From: Octopus sinensis
Lineage: Eukaryota
Assembly: GCF_006345805.1 (NCBI RefSeq)
Contig: NC_043004.1
Coordinates: 75,826,001-75,890,000, forward strand
Direction of reading: 5' to 3'
Length of the DNA stretch: 64,000 nucleotides
Every line of letters begins with the position of its first letter. Position 1 is the first letter of the stretch. Below, in pieces: positions 39,885-53,310 of the stretch. A program made the translations under genes and the position numbers. Under the pieces are notes generated by a model. It was not told the DNA's origin, did no database searches, and was given only the letters and a program-made list of their open reading frames with translations.

Positions 39885-40165
39885 TGTGTGTGTGTGTGTG
39901 TGAGTGTGTGAGTGTGTGAGTGTGAGCAAGCATGGAAACATGGAAAAGTGGACACTGAAATGACAATGAGATGATGAGGATAATGATGATGACAATGATG
40001 ATGACAATGACAACGACGATGATGATGATGACGACGATGACAATGACGATGATGATAATGATGATGATGTGGATGACGACGACGATGAGGAAGAAGAAGA
40101 AGAAGAAGAAGAAGAAGAAGAAGAAGAAGAAGAAGAAGAGGGGGTGGAGGAGGAGGAGGAGGATA
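38615..40165. repeat. (GAT)n, (GT)n and (GAA)n microsatellite cluster around a SINE B
   Basis: Runs at 38620-38785, 39545-39745, 39855-39920 and 39970-40160. Confidence 0.92.
39335..39545 (+). mobile_element. tRNA-derived SINE family B, representative copy
   Basis: ggcggcaagctggcagaaacgttagc...ttctgagttcaaattccgcc...gcctttcatcctttcggg. Other copies at about 797-1060, 27220-27540, 35015-35230, 36000-36180 (+) and 10660-10900, 22615-22810, 31510-32180 (-, three tandem truncated copies). Confidence 0.88.
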
Positions 40166-40659
40166 TGATTAGGACGATGTTCATTTTTGAAGTCGATAGG
40201 CAGAGATAGTCACCCAATGATGGATCTCTGTCTGATTAGAAATACAAACAGGCTGCTAGCTCAGTTTACCTCATTTGCATACATGAGGCACTAATCTAAA
40301 ATTAATCTCTGCTTTATGTAATCAAAGCAGTGCAAAGCAGAAGACGACTTTAATCGGTCAATGCTGCTCATTCTTCAAAACAATGCAATGCATTGAAATG
40401 GCGGAATAAATTTGGAATAAATTTTACGTCTTGAGAAGGAGAGAGAAAGAAGTTAGAACGTTTTGAGTGGAACCTTTTAGCCAAGGGAAGGAAGCGTCTG
40501 CTGGAGTTCCAGGATAAATAAATGGGAATTCCAATTTATTTTAAATATATTAACATTGCTTCAACTCTTTCTCTGTATTATTGTATGATTTTAACTACTG
40601 CATGGCAATTGTTTTACTCTCCGTTACTCATACTCTCCTTCTCCCCCTCTCTCTCTTTC

Positions 40660-40718
<59 letters not shown>

Positions 40719-40763
40719 GTCTGTCTATCTCTCTATCTCTCTATCTCTCTATCTATATGTCTG

Positions 40764-40829
<66 letters not shown>

Positions 40830-40915
40830 CATCTATCTGTCCATCAATCTATCTATTTATCTCTCCATCTATCTATCTATCTATCTTTCTATCCATCCAT
40901 CCATCCATCCGTCTG

Positions 40916-40966
<51 letters not shown>

Positions 40967-41149
40967 ATCTATCTATCTATCTCTCCTCTCTTTATGTCAG
41001 TCTTCTTTTCTCTCACTTTCTCTTTATCACACACACACACATGTAAATATACATATATATATAAACGATGATGATTATGATTATGATTTACATATACATA
41101 CATGTATACATACATATGTGTGTGCTGTGTTTAGGCACGTGGCTTAGGG

Positions 41150-42175
41150 GTTACGAACAGCCATGCTACATGGCAGTGAAACATGGGCCGTGACTGCTGA
41201 GGACATGCGTAAGCTCACAAGGAATGAAGCCAGTATGATCCAATGGATGTGCAATGTCAGTGTGCATACTCGACAGAGTGTAAGTACCTTGAGAGAAAGG
41301 TTGGACCTAAGAAGCCTCAGATGTGGTGTGCAAGAGAGAGATGACTGCACTGGTATGGTCATGTGGTAAGAATGGATGAGGATAGCTGTGTGAAAAAGTG
41401 TCACGTCCTAGCGGTTGATGGAACCTGCAGAAGAGGTAGACCCAGGAAGACCTGGGATGAGGTGGTGAAGCACGACCTTCGAACATTAGGCCTCACCAAG
41501 GCAATGACTAGTGACCGAGACCTTTGGAAATATGCTGTGCTTGAGAAAACCCAGCAAGCCAGGTGAGACCATAATCCATGGCCTATGACAGGGGTGTAAC
41601 CAGCCCACTTATGCATACCTTTCCTTCGTTGGACATTAACACACCTGTTGCAAACACCTGTTGAGGCAAGTGAAATTGAAATCGAAATCAAAATCAAAAT
41701 CAAATTCGATGACAGCATCACATGACTGGCATGCATGCTAGCAGAGCACTAAGAGCACCATCCGAGTGTAATCGTTGCCAGGGCAGCTGACTGGCTCCTG
41801 TGCTAGTGGCACGTAAAAAGCACCATTCGAGTGTGATCATTACCAGCATCACCTTACTGGTACATGAAAAAAAAAATATTCGTGTGAGGTTGTTGCCAGT
41901 GCCGCTGGACTGGCTCTTGTGCAGGTGGCATGTAAAAAACATCATTTGCGCGTGGCCGTTGCCAGTACCGCCCGACTGGCCCTCGTGCCAGTGGCACATA
42001 AAAACACACACTACACTCTCGAGTGGTTGGTGTTAGGAAGGGTATCCAGCTGTAGAAACTCTGCCAGATCAGATTGGAGCCTGGTATAGCCATCTGGTTC
42101 GCCAGTCCTCAATCAAATTGTCCAACCCATGCCAGCATGGAAAGCAGACATTAAACGATGATGAAGATGGTGATA
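41150..42175 (+). mobile_element. 5'-truncated RTE-clade LINE: ORF C-terminus, long 3' UTR and (GAT)n tail
   Basis: MLHGSETWAV...EASMIQWMCNV...(frameshift near 41340)...HWYGHVVRMDE...GRPRKTWDEVVKHDLRTLGL...DRDLWK is a typical post-RT RTE region. It continues into a UTR with internal sub-repeats and ends gacattaaacgatgatga. Confidence 0.9.
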
Positions 42176-42789
42176 TATATATGTATATATATATACGATG
42201 GGCTTCTTTCAGTTTCCATCTACCAACTCCATCCACAAGGCTTTGGTTGGCTTGATGCTATAGTACAAGACACTCACCCAAGATGCCACCTAGTGGGACT
42301 GAACCTGGAACCATGTGGTTGGGAAGCAAACTTCTTACCACACAGCCATGCCTGCACCTATGTGTGTGTGTATGTGTGTGTGGGAAGAGAGAGTGAAGGA
42401 TACACACATACACACACACACACACACACTTACGCACACTACCATATCTACATGCACATATACACACATATATATATAAGTGAAGAGGAAAAGAAAACCT
42501 GAGATGAAATTCTTTCTCCCAATGTTTAATAATATCCGTCTTGAGTAAAAGAACACCATTCTGATGACTAAGAAGGATTCCATTTCACTCGTTCTTCCCA
42601 TTTCTTCTTTGCTTTTGTGTTGGACATATTTCTGGCCCCTTCCTTCCAGACCCAGCTACAACTACAACAACAATATCAAGCCAACTAGGGAAGCAGGGTT
42701 CTCTATGTGTTGGCTCAACATGCTAAAAAGAGCAACGTATCACCCTCAAATCTACACCCTTAGATTAAGAAAGGATATATTAAATAATG

Positions 42790-45700
42790 CAGTCCATCAA
42801 TCACAACAACAACATCAAGCCAATGAATGAGCCTCTACATGGTAGACCAATATGCTAGAAAGAGTAGCTAAATCTCTCTCAAATTAACCTTTTGAATAAA
42901 GAAAGGATCCATTAGATAATGCAGGCCATCAATCACAACAGCAACATCAAGCCAATGAATGAGCCTCTACATGGTAGACCAATATGCTAGAAAGAGTAGC
43001 TAAATCTCTCTCAAATTAACCTTTTAAATAAAGAAAGGATCCATTAGATAATGCAGGCCATCAATCACAACAACAACACATCAAGCCAATGAATGAGCCT
43101 CTACATGGTAGACCAATATGCTAGAAAGAGTAGCTAAATCTCTCTCAAATTAACCTTTTAAATAAAGAAAGGATCCATTAGATAATGCAGGCCATCAATC
43201 ACAACAACAACATCAAGCCAATGAATGAGCCTCTACATGGTAGACCAATATGCTAGAAAGAGTAGCTAAATCTCTCTCAAATTAACCTTTTAAATAAAGA
43301 AAGGATTCATTAGATAATGCAGGCCATCGATCACAACAACAACATCAAGCCAATGAATGAGCCTCTACATGGTAGACCAATATGCTAGAAAGAGTAGCTA
43401 AATCTCTCTCAAATTAACCTTTTAAATAAAGAAAGGATTCATTAGATAATGCAGGCCATCAATCACAACAACAACATCAAGCCAATGAATGAGCCTCTAC
43501 ATGGTAGACCAATATGCTAGAAAGAGTAGCTAAATCTCTCTCAAATTAACCTTTTAAATAAAGAAAGGATTCATTAGATAATGCAGGCCATCAATCACAA
43601 CAACAACATCAAGCCAATGAATGAGCCTCTACATGGTAGACCAATATGCTAGAAAGAGTAGCTAAATCTCTCTCAAATTAACCTTTTAAATAAAGAAAGG
43701 ATCCATTAGATAATGCAGGCCATCAATCACAACAACAACATCAAGCCAATGAATGAGCCTCTACATGGTAGACCAATATGCTAGAAAGAGTAGCTAAATC
43801 TCTCTCAAATTAACCTTTTGAATAAAGAAAGGATCCATTAGATAATGCAGGCCATCAATCACAACAACAACATCAAGCCAATGAATGAGCCTCTACATGG
43901 TAGACCAATATGCTAGAAAGAGTAGCTAAATCTCTCTCAAATTAACCTTTTGAATAAAGAAAGGATCCATTAGATAATGCAGGCCATCAATCACAACAAC
44001 AACATCAAGCCAATGAATGAGCCTCTACATGGTAGACCAATATGCTAGAAAGAGTAGCTAAATCTCTCTCAAATTAACCTTTTAAATAAAGAAAGGATCC
44101 ATTAGATAATGCAGGCCATCAATCACAACAACAACATCAAGCCAATGAATGAGCCTCTACATGGTAGACCAATATGCTAGAAAGAGTAGCTAAATCTCTC
44201 TCAAATTAACCTTTTAAATAAAGAAAGGATCCATTAGATAATGCAGGCCATCAATCACAACAGCAACATCAAGCCAATGAATGAGCCTCTACATGGTAGA
44301 CCAATATGCTAGAAAGAGTAGCTAAATCTCTCTCAAATTAACCTTTTAAATAAAGAAAGGATCCATTAGATAATGCAGGCCATCAATCACAACAACAACA
44401 TCAAGCCAATGAATGAGCCTCTACATGGTAGACCAATATGCTAGAAAGAGTAGCTAAATCTCTCTCTCAAATTAACCTTTTAAATAAAGAAAGGATCCAT
44501 TAGATAATGCAGGCCATCAATCACAACAACAACATCAAGCCAATGAATGAGCCTCTACATGGTGACCAATATGCTAGAAAGAGTAGCTAAATCTCTCTCA
44601 AATAACCTTTTAAATAAAGAAGGATCCATTAGATAATGCAGGCCATCAATCACAACAACAACATCAAGCCAATGAATGAGCCTCTACATGGTAGACCAAT
44701 ATGCTAGAAAGAGTAGCTAAATCTCTCTCAAATTAACCTTTTAAATAAAGAAGGATCCATTAGATAATGCAGGCCATCAATCACACAACAACATCAAGCC
44801 AATGAATGAGCCTCTACATGGTAGACCAATATGCTAGAAAGAGTAGCTAAATCTCTCTCAAATTAACCTTTTAAATAAAGAAAGGATCCATTAGATAATG
44901 CAGGCCATCAATCACAACAACAACATCAAGCCAATGAATGAGCCTCTACATGGTAGACCAATATGCTAGAAAGAGTAGCTAATCTCTCTCAAATTAACCT
45001 TTTAAATAAAGAAAGGATTCATTAGATAATGCAGCCATCAATCACAACAACAACATCAAGCAATGAATGAGCCTCTACATGGTAGACCATATGCTAGAAA
45101 GAGTAGCTAAATCTCTCTCAAATTAACCTTTTAAATAAAGAAAGGATCCATTAGATAATGCAGGCCATCAATCACAACAACAACATCAAGCCAATGAATG
45201 AGCCTCTACATGGTAGACCAATATGCTAGAAAGAGTAGCTAAATCTCTCTCAAATTAACCTTTTAAATAAAGAAAGGATCCATTAGATAATGCAGGCCAT
45301 CAATCACAACACAACATCAAGCCAATGAATGAGCCTCTACATGGTAGACCAATATGCTAGAAAGAGTAGCTAAATCTCTCTCAAATTAACCTTTTAAATA
45401 AAGAAAGGATCCATTAGATAATGCAGGCCATCAATCACACAACACAACATCAAGCCAATGAATGAGCCTCTACATGGTAGACCAATATGCTAGAAAGAGT
45501 AGCTAAATCTCTCTCAAATTAACCTTTTAAATAAAGAAAGGATTCATTAGATAATGCAGCCATCAATCACAACAACAACATCAAGCCAATGAATGAGCCT
45601 CTACATGGTAGACCAATATGCTAGAAAGAGTAGCTAAATCTCTCTCAAATTAACCTTTTAAATAAAGAAAGGATTCATTAGATAATGCAGGCCATCAATC

Positions 45701-48700
45701 ACACAACAACATCAAGCCAATGATGAGCCTCTACATGGTAGACCAATATGCTAGAAAGAGTAGCTAATCTCTCTCAAATTAACCTTTTAAATAAAGAAAG
45801 GATTCATTAGATAATGCAGGCCATCAATCACAACAACAACATCAAGCCAATGAATGAGCCTCTACATGGTAGACCATATGCTAGAAAGAGTAGCTAAATC
45901 TCTCTCAAATTAACCTTTTGAATAAAGAAAGGATCCATTAGATAATGCAGGCCATCAATCACAACAACAACATCAAGCCAATGAATGAGCCTCTACATGG
46001 TAGACCAATATGCTAGAAAGAGTAGCTAAATCTCTCTCAAATTAACCTTTTAAATAAAGAAAGGATTCATTAGATAATGCAGGCCATCAATCACAACAAC
46101 AACATCAAGCCAATGAATGAGCCTCTACATGGTAGACCAATATGCTAGAAAGAGTAGCTAAATCTCTTTCAAATTAACCTTTTAAATAAAGAAAGGATCC
46201 ATTAGATAATGCAGGCCATCAATCACAACAACAACATCAAGCCAATGAATGAGCCTCTACATGGTAGACCAATATGCTAGAAAGAGTAGCTAAATCTCTC
46301 TCAAATTAACCTTTTAAATAAAGAAAGGATCCATTAGATAATGCAGGCCATCAATCACAACAACAACATCAAGCCAATGAAAGAGCCTCTACATGGTTGA
46401 CCAATATGCTAGAAAGAGTAGCTAAATCTCTCTCAAATTAACCTTTTAAATAAAGAAAGGATCCATTAGATAATGCAGGCCATCAATCACAACAGCAACA
46501 TCAAGCCAATGAATGAGCCTCTACATGGTAGACCAATATGCTAGAAAGAGTAGCTAAATCTCTCTCAAATTAACCTTTTGAATAAAGAAAGGATTCATTA
46601 GATAATGCAGGCCATCAATCACAACAGCAACATCAAGCCAATGAATGAGCCTCTACATGGTAGACCAATATGCTAGAAAGAGTAGCTAAATCTCTCTCAA
46701 ATTAACCTTTTAAATAAAGAAAGGATACATTAGATAATGCAGGCCATCAATCACAACAACAACATCAAGCCAATGAATGAGCCTCTACATGGTAGACCAA
46801 TATGCTAGAAAGAGTAGCTAAATCTCTCTCAAATTAACCTTTTAAATAAAGAAAGGATCCATTAGATAATGCAGGCCATCAATCACAACAACAACATCAA
46901 GCCAATGAATGAGCCTCTACATGGTAGACCAATATGCTAGAAAGAGTAGCTAAATCTCTCAAATTAACCTTTTGAATAAAGAAAGGATCCATTAGATAAT
47001 GCAGGCCATCAATCACAACAACAACATCAAGCCAATGAATGAGCCTCTACATGGTAGACCAATATGCTAGAAAGAGTAGCTAAATCTCTCTCAAATTAAC
47101 CTTTTAAATAAAGAAAGGATCCATTAGATAATGCAGGCCATCAATCACAACAGCAACATCAAGCCAATGAATGAGCCTCTACATGGTAGACCAATATGCT
47201 AGAAAGAGTAGCTAAATCTTCTCAAATTAACCTTTTAAATAAAGAAAGGATCCATTAGATAATGCAGGCCATCAATCACAACAGCAACATCAAGCCAATG
47301 AATGAGCCTCTACATGGTAGACCAATATGCTAGAAAGAGTAGCTAAATCTCTCTCAAATTAACTTTTGAATAAAGAAAGGATCCATTAGATAATGCAGGC
47401 CATCAACACAACAGACATCAAGCCAATGAATGAGCCTCTACATGGTAGACCAATATGCTAGAAAGAGTAGCTAAATCTCTCTCAAATTAACCTTTTAAAT
47501 AAAGAAAGGATCCATTAGATAATGCAGGCCATCAATCACAACAGCAACATCAAGCCAATGAATGAGCCTCTACATGGTAGACCAATATGCTAGAAAGAGT
47601 AGCTAAATCTCTCTCAAATTAACCTTTTAAATAAAGAAAGGATCCATTAGATAATGCAGGCCATCAATCACAACAGCAACATCAAGCCAATGAATGAGCC
47701 TCTACATGGTAGACCAATATGCTAGAAAGAGTAGCTAAATCTCTCTCAAATTAACCTTTTAAATAAAGAAAGGATCCATTAGATAATGCAGGCCATCAAT
47801 CACAACAGCAACATCAAGCCAATGAATGAGCCTCTACATGGTAGACCAATATGCTAGAAAGAGTAGCTAAATCTCTCTCAAATTAACCTTTTGAATAAAG
47901 AAAGGATCCATTAGATAATGCAGGCCATCAATCACAACACAACATCAAGCCAATGAATGAGCCTCTACATGGTAGACCAATATGCTAGAAAGAGTAGCTA
48001 AATCTCTCTCAAATTAACCTTTTAAATAAAGAAAGGATCCATTAGATAATGCAGGCCATCAATCACAACAGCACATCAAGCCAATGAATGGCCTCTACAT
48101 GGTAGACCAATATGCTAGAAAGAGTAGCTAAATCTCTCTCAAATTAACCTTTTGAATAAAGAAAGGATTCATTAGATAATGCAGGCCATCAATCACACAC
48201 AGCAACATCAAGCCAATGAATGAGCCTCTACATGGTAGACCAATATGCTAGAAAGAGTAGCTAAATCTCTCTCAAATTAACCTTTTAAATAAAGAAAGGA
48301 TCCATTAGATAATGCAGGCCATCATTCACAACAGCAACATCAAGCCAATGAATGAGCCTCTACATGGTAGACCAATATGCTAGAAAGAGTAGCTAAATCT
48401 CTCTCAAATTAACCTTTTAAATAAAGAAAGGATTCATTAGATAATGCAGGCCATCAATCACAACAACAACATCAAGCCAATGAATGAGCCTCTACATGGT
48501 AGACCAATATGCTAGAAAGAGTAGCTAAATCTCTCTCAAATTAACCTTTTAAATAAAGAAAGGATACATTAGATAATGCAGGCCATCAATCACAACAGCA
48601 ACATCAAGCCAATGAATGAGCCTCTACATGGTAGACCAATATGCTAGAAAGAGTAGCTAAATCTCTCTCAAATTAACCTTTTAAATAAAGAAAGGATACA

Positions 48701-48835
48701 TTAGATAATGCAGGCCATCAATCACAACAGCAACATCAAGCCAATGAATGAGCCTCTACATGGTAGACCAATATGCTAGAAAGAGTAGCTAAATCTCTCT
48801 CAAATTAACCTTTTAAATAAAGAAAGGATACATTA
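42790..48835. repeat. Tandem satellite array, 132 bp monomer, about 46 copies
   Basis: Monomer catcaagccaatgaatgagcctctacatggtagaccaatatgctagaaagagtagctaaatctctctcaaattaaccttttaaataaagaaaggatccattagataatgcaggccatcaatcacaacaacaa, counted as 132 nt (e.g. starts 43211, 43343). Span 42813-48866 / 132 is about 46. Diverged monomers at 42673-42812 and 48835-48925. Confidence 0.98.
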
Positions 48836-50510
48836 AGTAATGTTATCTAACAATCACAACAACAGCATCAAGCCAATGTGAAAACTTCTGGTGGCCAAGC
48901 ATACTAGAAAGAGCAGCCAAATCATTCGAAAATCTTTTTCTTCAACCCTAGGACTCATAAGACCGCTTACCCAGTTTCCATGGTGTACATAAGTGACTAA
49001 GATCACAACATTCTCCCCAAATGGAATACCTATTCGTTAAGTGTTCAAAAGCCAGCAATTTTTCAGGAGAAAGAAACTCAATTACAATGACCCCAAAGGA
49101 ACAAAAGGTAAAATCAATTTAGTAGCATTTAACCCTTTCACGTTTAAACATGCTATATCTGGGCCAAATATTCTCTCTGCTTTACTTTCAAACAGGCCAG
49201 GTCTGGCAACACCTTGGAGGAGGGTTATTGCAGTATTTGTTGTACTTCTATTCATTCAGAATTCGAATCCTGCCACATCATCAAAGACCAATGATACTTC
49301 TGTTAGAAATTTCAACTGACAGAGATCACCATCATCATCAGCAGCAGCAGCAGCCATCCAAGAATTTGGACCTGGAGATTTCCATTTCCAGTGACTTCAA
49401 GGGCCACCTCCCAGTGGTGTTAGGCGTCAACGAAGAGCTCTCGACTACAACAAGATGACCAAAGTTTGTTTTTTTTTCCAAGGTCTGGAGTCTCCTGCCC
49501 CTAAGCCCTAGACCATCACCTTATCACCCTTACCCGTCTTGTTGCTTAACAACAACAACAACAACAATCAGCAGCAGCATTTAACATGGATGTTAAAAGA
49601 TGTTGGCAGGAGTTGGACAGTTTGATGAGATCACAATGAACCCAAGGACAGCATCATGCTCCAGCGTCTATTTGTCACAGTTTCTATAGCTGGTTGTCTT
49701 TCCTGATGTTAGCCACTTTACAGCATGTACTGGGTGCTTTTCTTCATGCCACCAACACTAGTGAGGTCGCCATGCAGCTGGCAAGACTGCAAACCCAGGA
49801 GAGCAGGGTGGTGCTGTCTCCGTATGTCCAATGGGGGTTAAGGTGTGAGGGAAGAAGTTGGAGTACAGCAGATTCCTGTTGTAGAGGAGCTACATGGCTA
49901 TTCACATTTAGAGGAGAGAGAGAAAAAACAGACAGAAAGAGAGAGAGAGAGAATTAGAGGTATCTCTAAGGAGATAGACAGTGGTGATGAGGTTTCCAGA
50001 TGCCACTTCAAATAGCAAAAGCAGTAGTGGGTAGGGTGAGTAGAGGCCTGCAAGAGTGTATGGGGAAAAAGATAAGGCTTGAGGTAAAAGACACAGGCAT
50101 TAAGTGCCACACAGTGGGACTGAACCGAAAACCACATGGTCACAAAACAAGCTTCTTATCCACAGCCATGCCATAATCCAGTTTGATTTCTTTTTGTTTC
50201 TTTTTCAAAGACAGAAGAATTAAATATGATGAAGATTTAGCTGTTATTTCTAGCAGTTGAAGCAACAGACCCAACAGCTGTGGTGTTAAGTGATAGACTA
50301 TTAAATATGTATTTGTGAGTTCAATCCTCACCAGTTGTAGCCAGTGTGTTGTGCACTTAGAGAAGAATGACTCAGTTTGGCTTGCTTCCAGTGAGTTGGA
50401 CTGAAAAGACAGGGTTTGTTTCTATTTGTGAATGCAAAGGAGTGAGGCTAAAGAGAGAAGCCAGCTGTAAAAACTATATTTTGTATGCATGGAAAAGGGG
50501 ATCTAAAACC

Positions 50511-50549
<39 letters not shown>

Positions 50550-50618
50550 GCACACACACACAAGCACACACAACACACACACACACAAGCACACACAACA
50601 CACATATATACACACTCG

Positions 50619-50650
<32 letters not shown>

Positions 50651-50703
50651 CATATATATATATATGTGTGCATGTATATGTGTGTATGTATATGTGTAAT
50701 ATA

Positions 50704-50752
<49 letters not shown>

Positions 50753-51325
50753 ATATATATCATTGGCATAACGACTCACCCAAGACAACGAAATATATTT
50801 CCATGTATATATATGTGCATGTGTGTGTGTGCGTGTGTGTGTGTGTGTGAGTGTGTGTGTGACGTATATGTGTCTGTGTTTTGTTTTTATTCTCCATCTC
50901 TAATTGACAACTGGTGTTGCTTTGTTTCACATCCCTATAACCAAGCAGATCAGGAAAGTGAATCAAATAAAATAAATGCTTGTCTTAAAAAAGTATAATT
51001 ACTAGAGCCAATTTGTTCAACCAAGCTTTTCGAGGTGCTGCCCTAGCATGGCCACAGTCCAATGACCGAAAAGAATAAATGAATATATATATATGCTCGA
51101 AATGAGGAGTAGATAGACAGCCGCCAACTGATGAAGGGTCGTTCTTTATGTTACTTGTCCTGTTTTTCATTTGTTTCTCTCGTTGTTTGCATATTGAACT
51201 TATTTGTTTTTATATTTCATGTTATTTACTGTTGGTGACATCCTGTATCCAAATATGCAAGTGTGTGTGTGTTTGTATATTTTTCTTCCTCTGTCTTCCC
51301 TTCTCTGGATCTTTCCTTCTCCTAT

Positions 51326-51360
51326 GTTTCCGATGAAGAGCTCCGCTCGAAATGTTAAAC
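51326..51360 (+). ncRNA. Hammerhead-like motif H6 with a U4C core variant
   Basis: GUUU CCGAUGA A GAGC UCC GCUC GAAAU GUU AAAC. Same repeat family as 17200-17400. Confidence 0.45.
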
Positions 51361-51456
51361 CCTCCTTCTTTCCTTCTTTCCTGAGCGTTCAATAATACTA
51401 TATTTGTTCCACGTCCTCGCGTTGTTGTGTTTTTTTGTGCTTTCTTGTTTGGATTA

Positions 51457-51491
<35 letters not shown>

Positions 51492-51495
<4 letters not shown>

Positions 51496-51873
51496 AATTG
51501 CAGCGTGGAAGGTGTTTATAAGCCATTTAAGAAACACACAAAAGCCGTTCGATTCACTTCAACATTTAAGTTTAATTTGTCAAAATATTTTCGTCGCTAA
51601 AATCCGCGACCTGTTCACTGACAAAGTCCGTGCTGCATCACGGACTTTGTCAGTGAACAGGTCGCGGATTTTGTCAAAATATTTTCGTTGCTAAAATCTG
51701 CGACCTGTTCACTGACAAAGTCCGTGATGCAGCACAGACCTTGTCAGTGAACAGGTCGCGGATTTTAGCGACGAAAATATTTTGACAAATTAAACTTAAA
51801 TGTTGAAGTGAATCGAACGGCTTTTGTGTGTTTCTTAAATGGCTTATAAACACCTTCCACGCTGCAATTGTTT
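51492..51873. repeat. 382 bp nested palindrome with two internal 34 bp hairpins
   Basis: Arms 51492-51672 and 51693-51873 are reverse complements (about 3 mismatches seen) around a 20 nt spacer. Each arm ends in its own hairpin. Confidence 0.95.
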
Positions 51874-51927
51874 TCGTTTCAGCACACGATCTCAGATCAA
51901 ATTACTTGCTATGCGAGTACATCTCCG

Positions 51928-51966
<39 letters not shown>

Positions 51967-53037
51967 CATATACATATATGCATATATATATATTATTTAT
52001 ATATCATCATCATCATCATCATTGTTTAATATCCGCTTTCCATGTTGGCATTGATTGGACGATTTGACTGAGGACTGGCAAGCCAGATGGCTGCACCAGG
52101 CTCCAATCTTGATCTGGCAGAGTTTCTACAGCTGGATGCCCTTCTTAAAGCCAACCACTCCGAGAGTGTAGTGGGTGCTTTTACGTGCCAGTCAGGCGGT
52201 ACTGGCACGGACATGCCCAAATGGTGTTTTTTTTACGTGCCACCTGCACACCAGCACAACTGCCAGTAAGGCGACGCTGGTAACGATCACGCTCAAATGG
52301 TGCTCTTAGTGCTCCATTAGCACAGATGCCAGTCATATTCATATATGCTTTGTAATTTTAATTTTTTTGTGAAATGAAATGTAGGAGTGGCTATGTGGTA
52401 AGTAGCTTGCTTACCAACCACATGGTTCCTGGATCAGTCCCACTGCGTGGCACCTTGGGCAAGTGTCTTCTACTATAGCCTCAGGTCAACCAAAGCCTTG
52501 TGAGTGGATTTGGTAGACGGAAAAAGAATCCCGCCATATATATGTATATATATATGTGTGTGTCTGTGTTTGTCCCCCCCCCCCAACATCACTTGACAAC
52601 TAATGCTGGTTGTTTACGTCCCTATAACTTAGCAGTTCAGCAAAAGATACTGATAGAATAAGTACTAGGCTTACAAAGAATAAGTCCTGTGGTTGATTTG
52701 CTCCACTAAAAGGCGATGCTCCAGCATGGCCACAGTCAAATGACTGAAACAAGTAAAAGAGTAAAAGAGTAATTGTTGGTGAACATATTGATTAATCGAT
52801 AAATTAATTTGTATTCATTAGATCTCTCTGTTTTCTATATTTTTTTATTCTTTTATTTGTTTCAGTCATCTTAACTGTAGCCATGCTGGAGCACCACCTT
52901 TTAGCCAAATAAAACAACCCCAGTACTTATTCTTTGCAAGTCTAGTACTTATTCTATCAGTCACTTTTGCCAAACCGCTAAGTTACGGGGACGTAAACAT
53001 ACCAACATCGGTTGTCAGGTGATGGTAGGGAGGACAA

Positions 53038-53093
<56 letters not shown>

Positions 53094-53260
53094 GACAGGC
53101 TTTTTTCAGTCTCTGTCTATTAAATTCACTCCCTTGGCTTTGGTTGCCCCGAGGCTATAGTAGAAGACACTTGCCCAAGGTGCCACGCAGTGGGACTGAA
53201 CCCGGAACCATGTGATTGGTAAGCAAGCTACTTACCACACAGCCACTCCTGCACCTATAT

Positions 53261-53310
<50 letters not shown>

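Noticed and set aside
42790-48835. CRISPR array
   Set aside because: The whole 132 bp monomer repeats with no unique spacers, there are no cas genes, and the context is eukaryotic.
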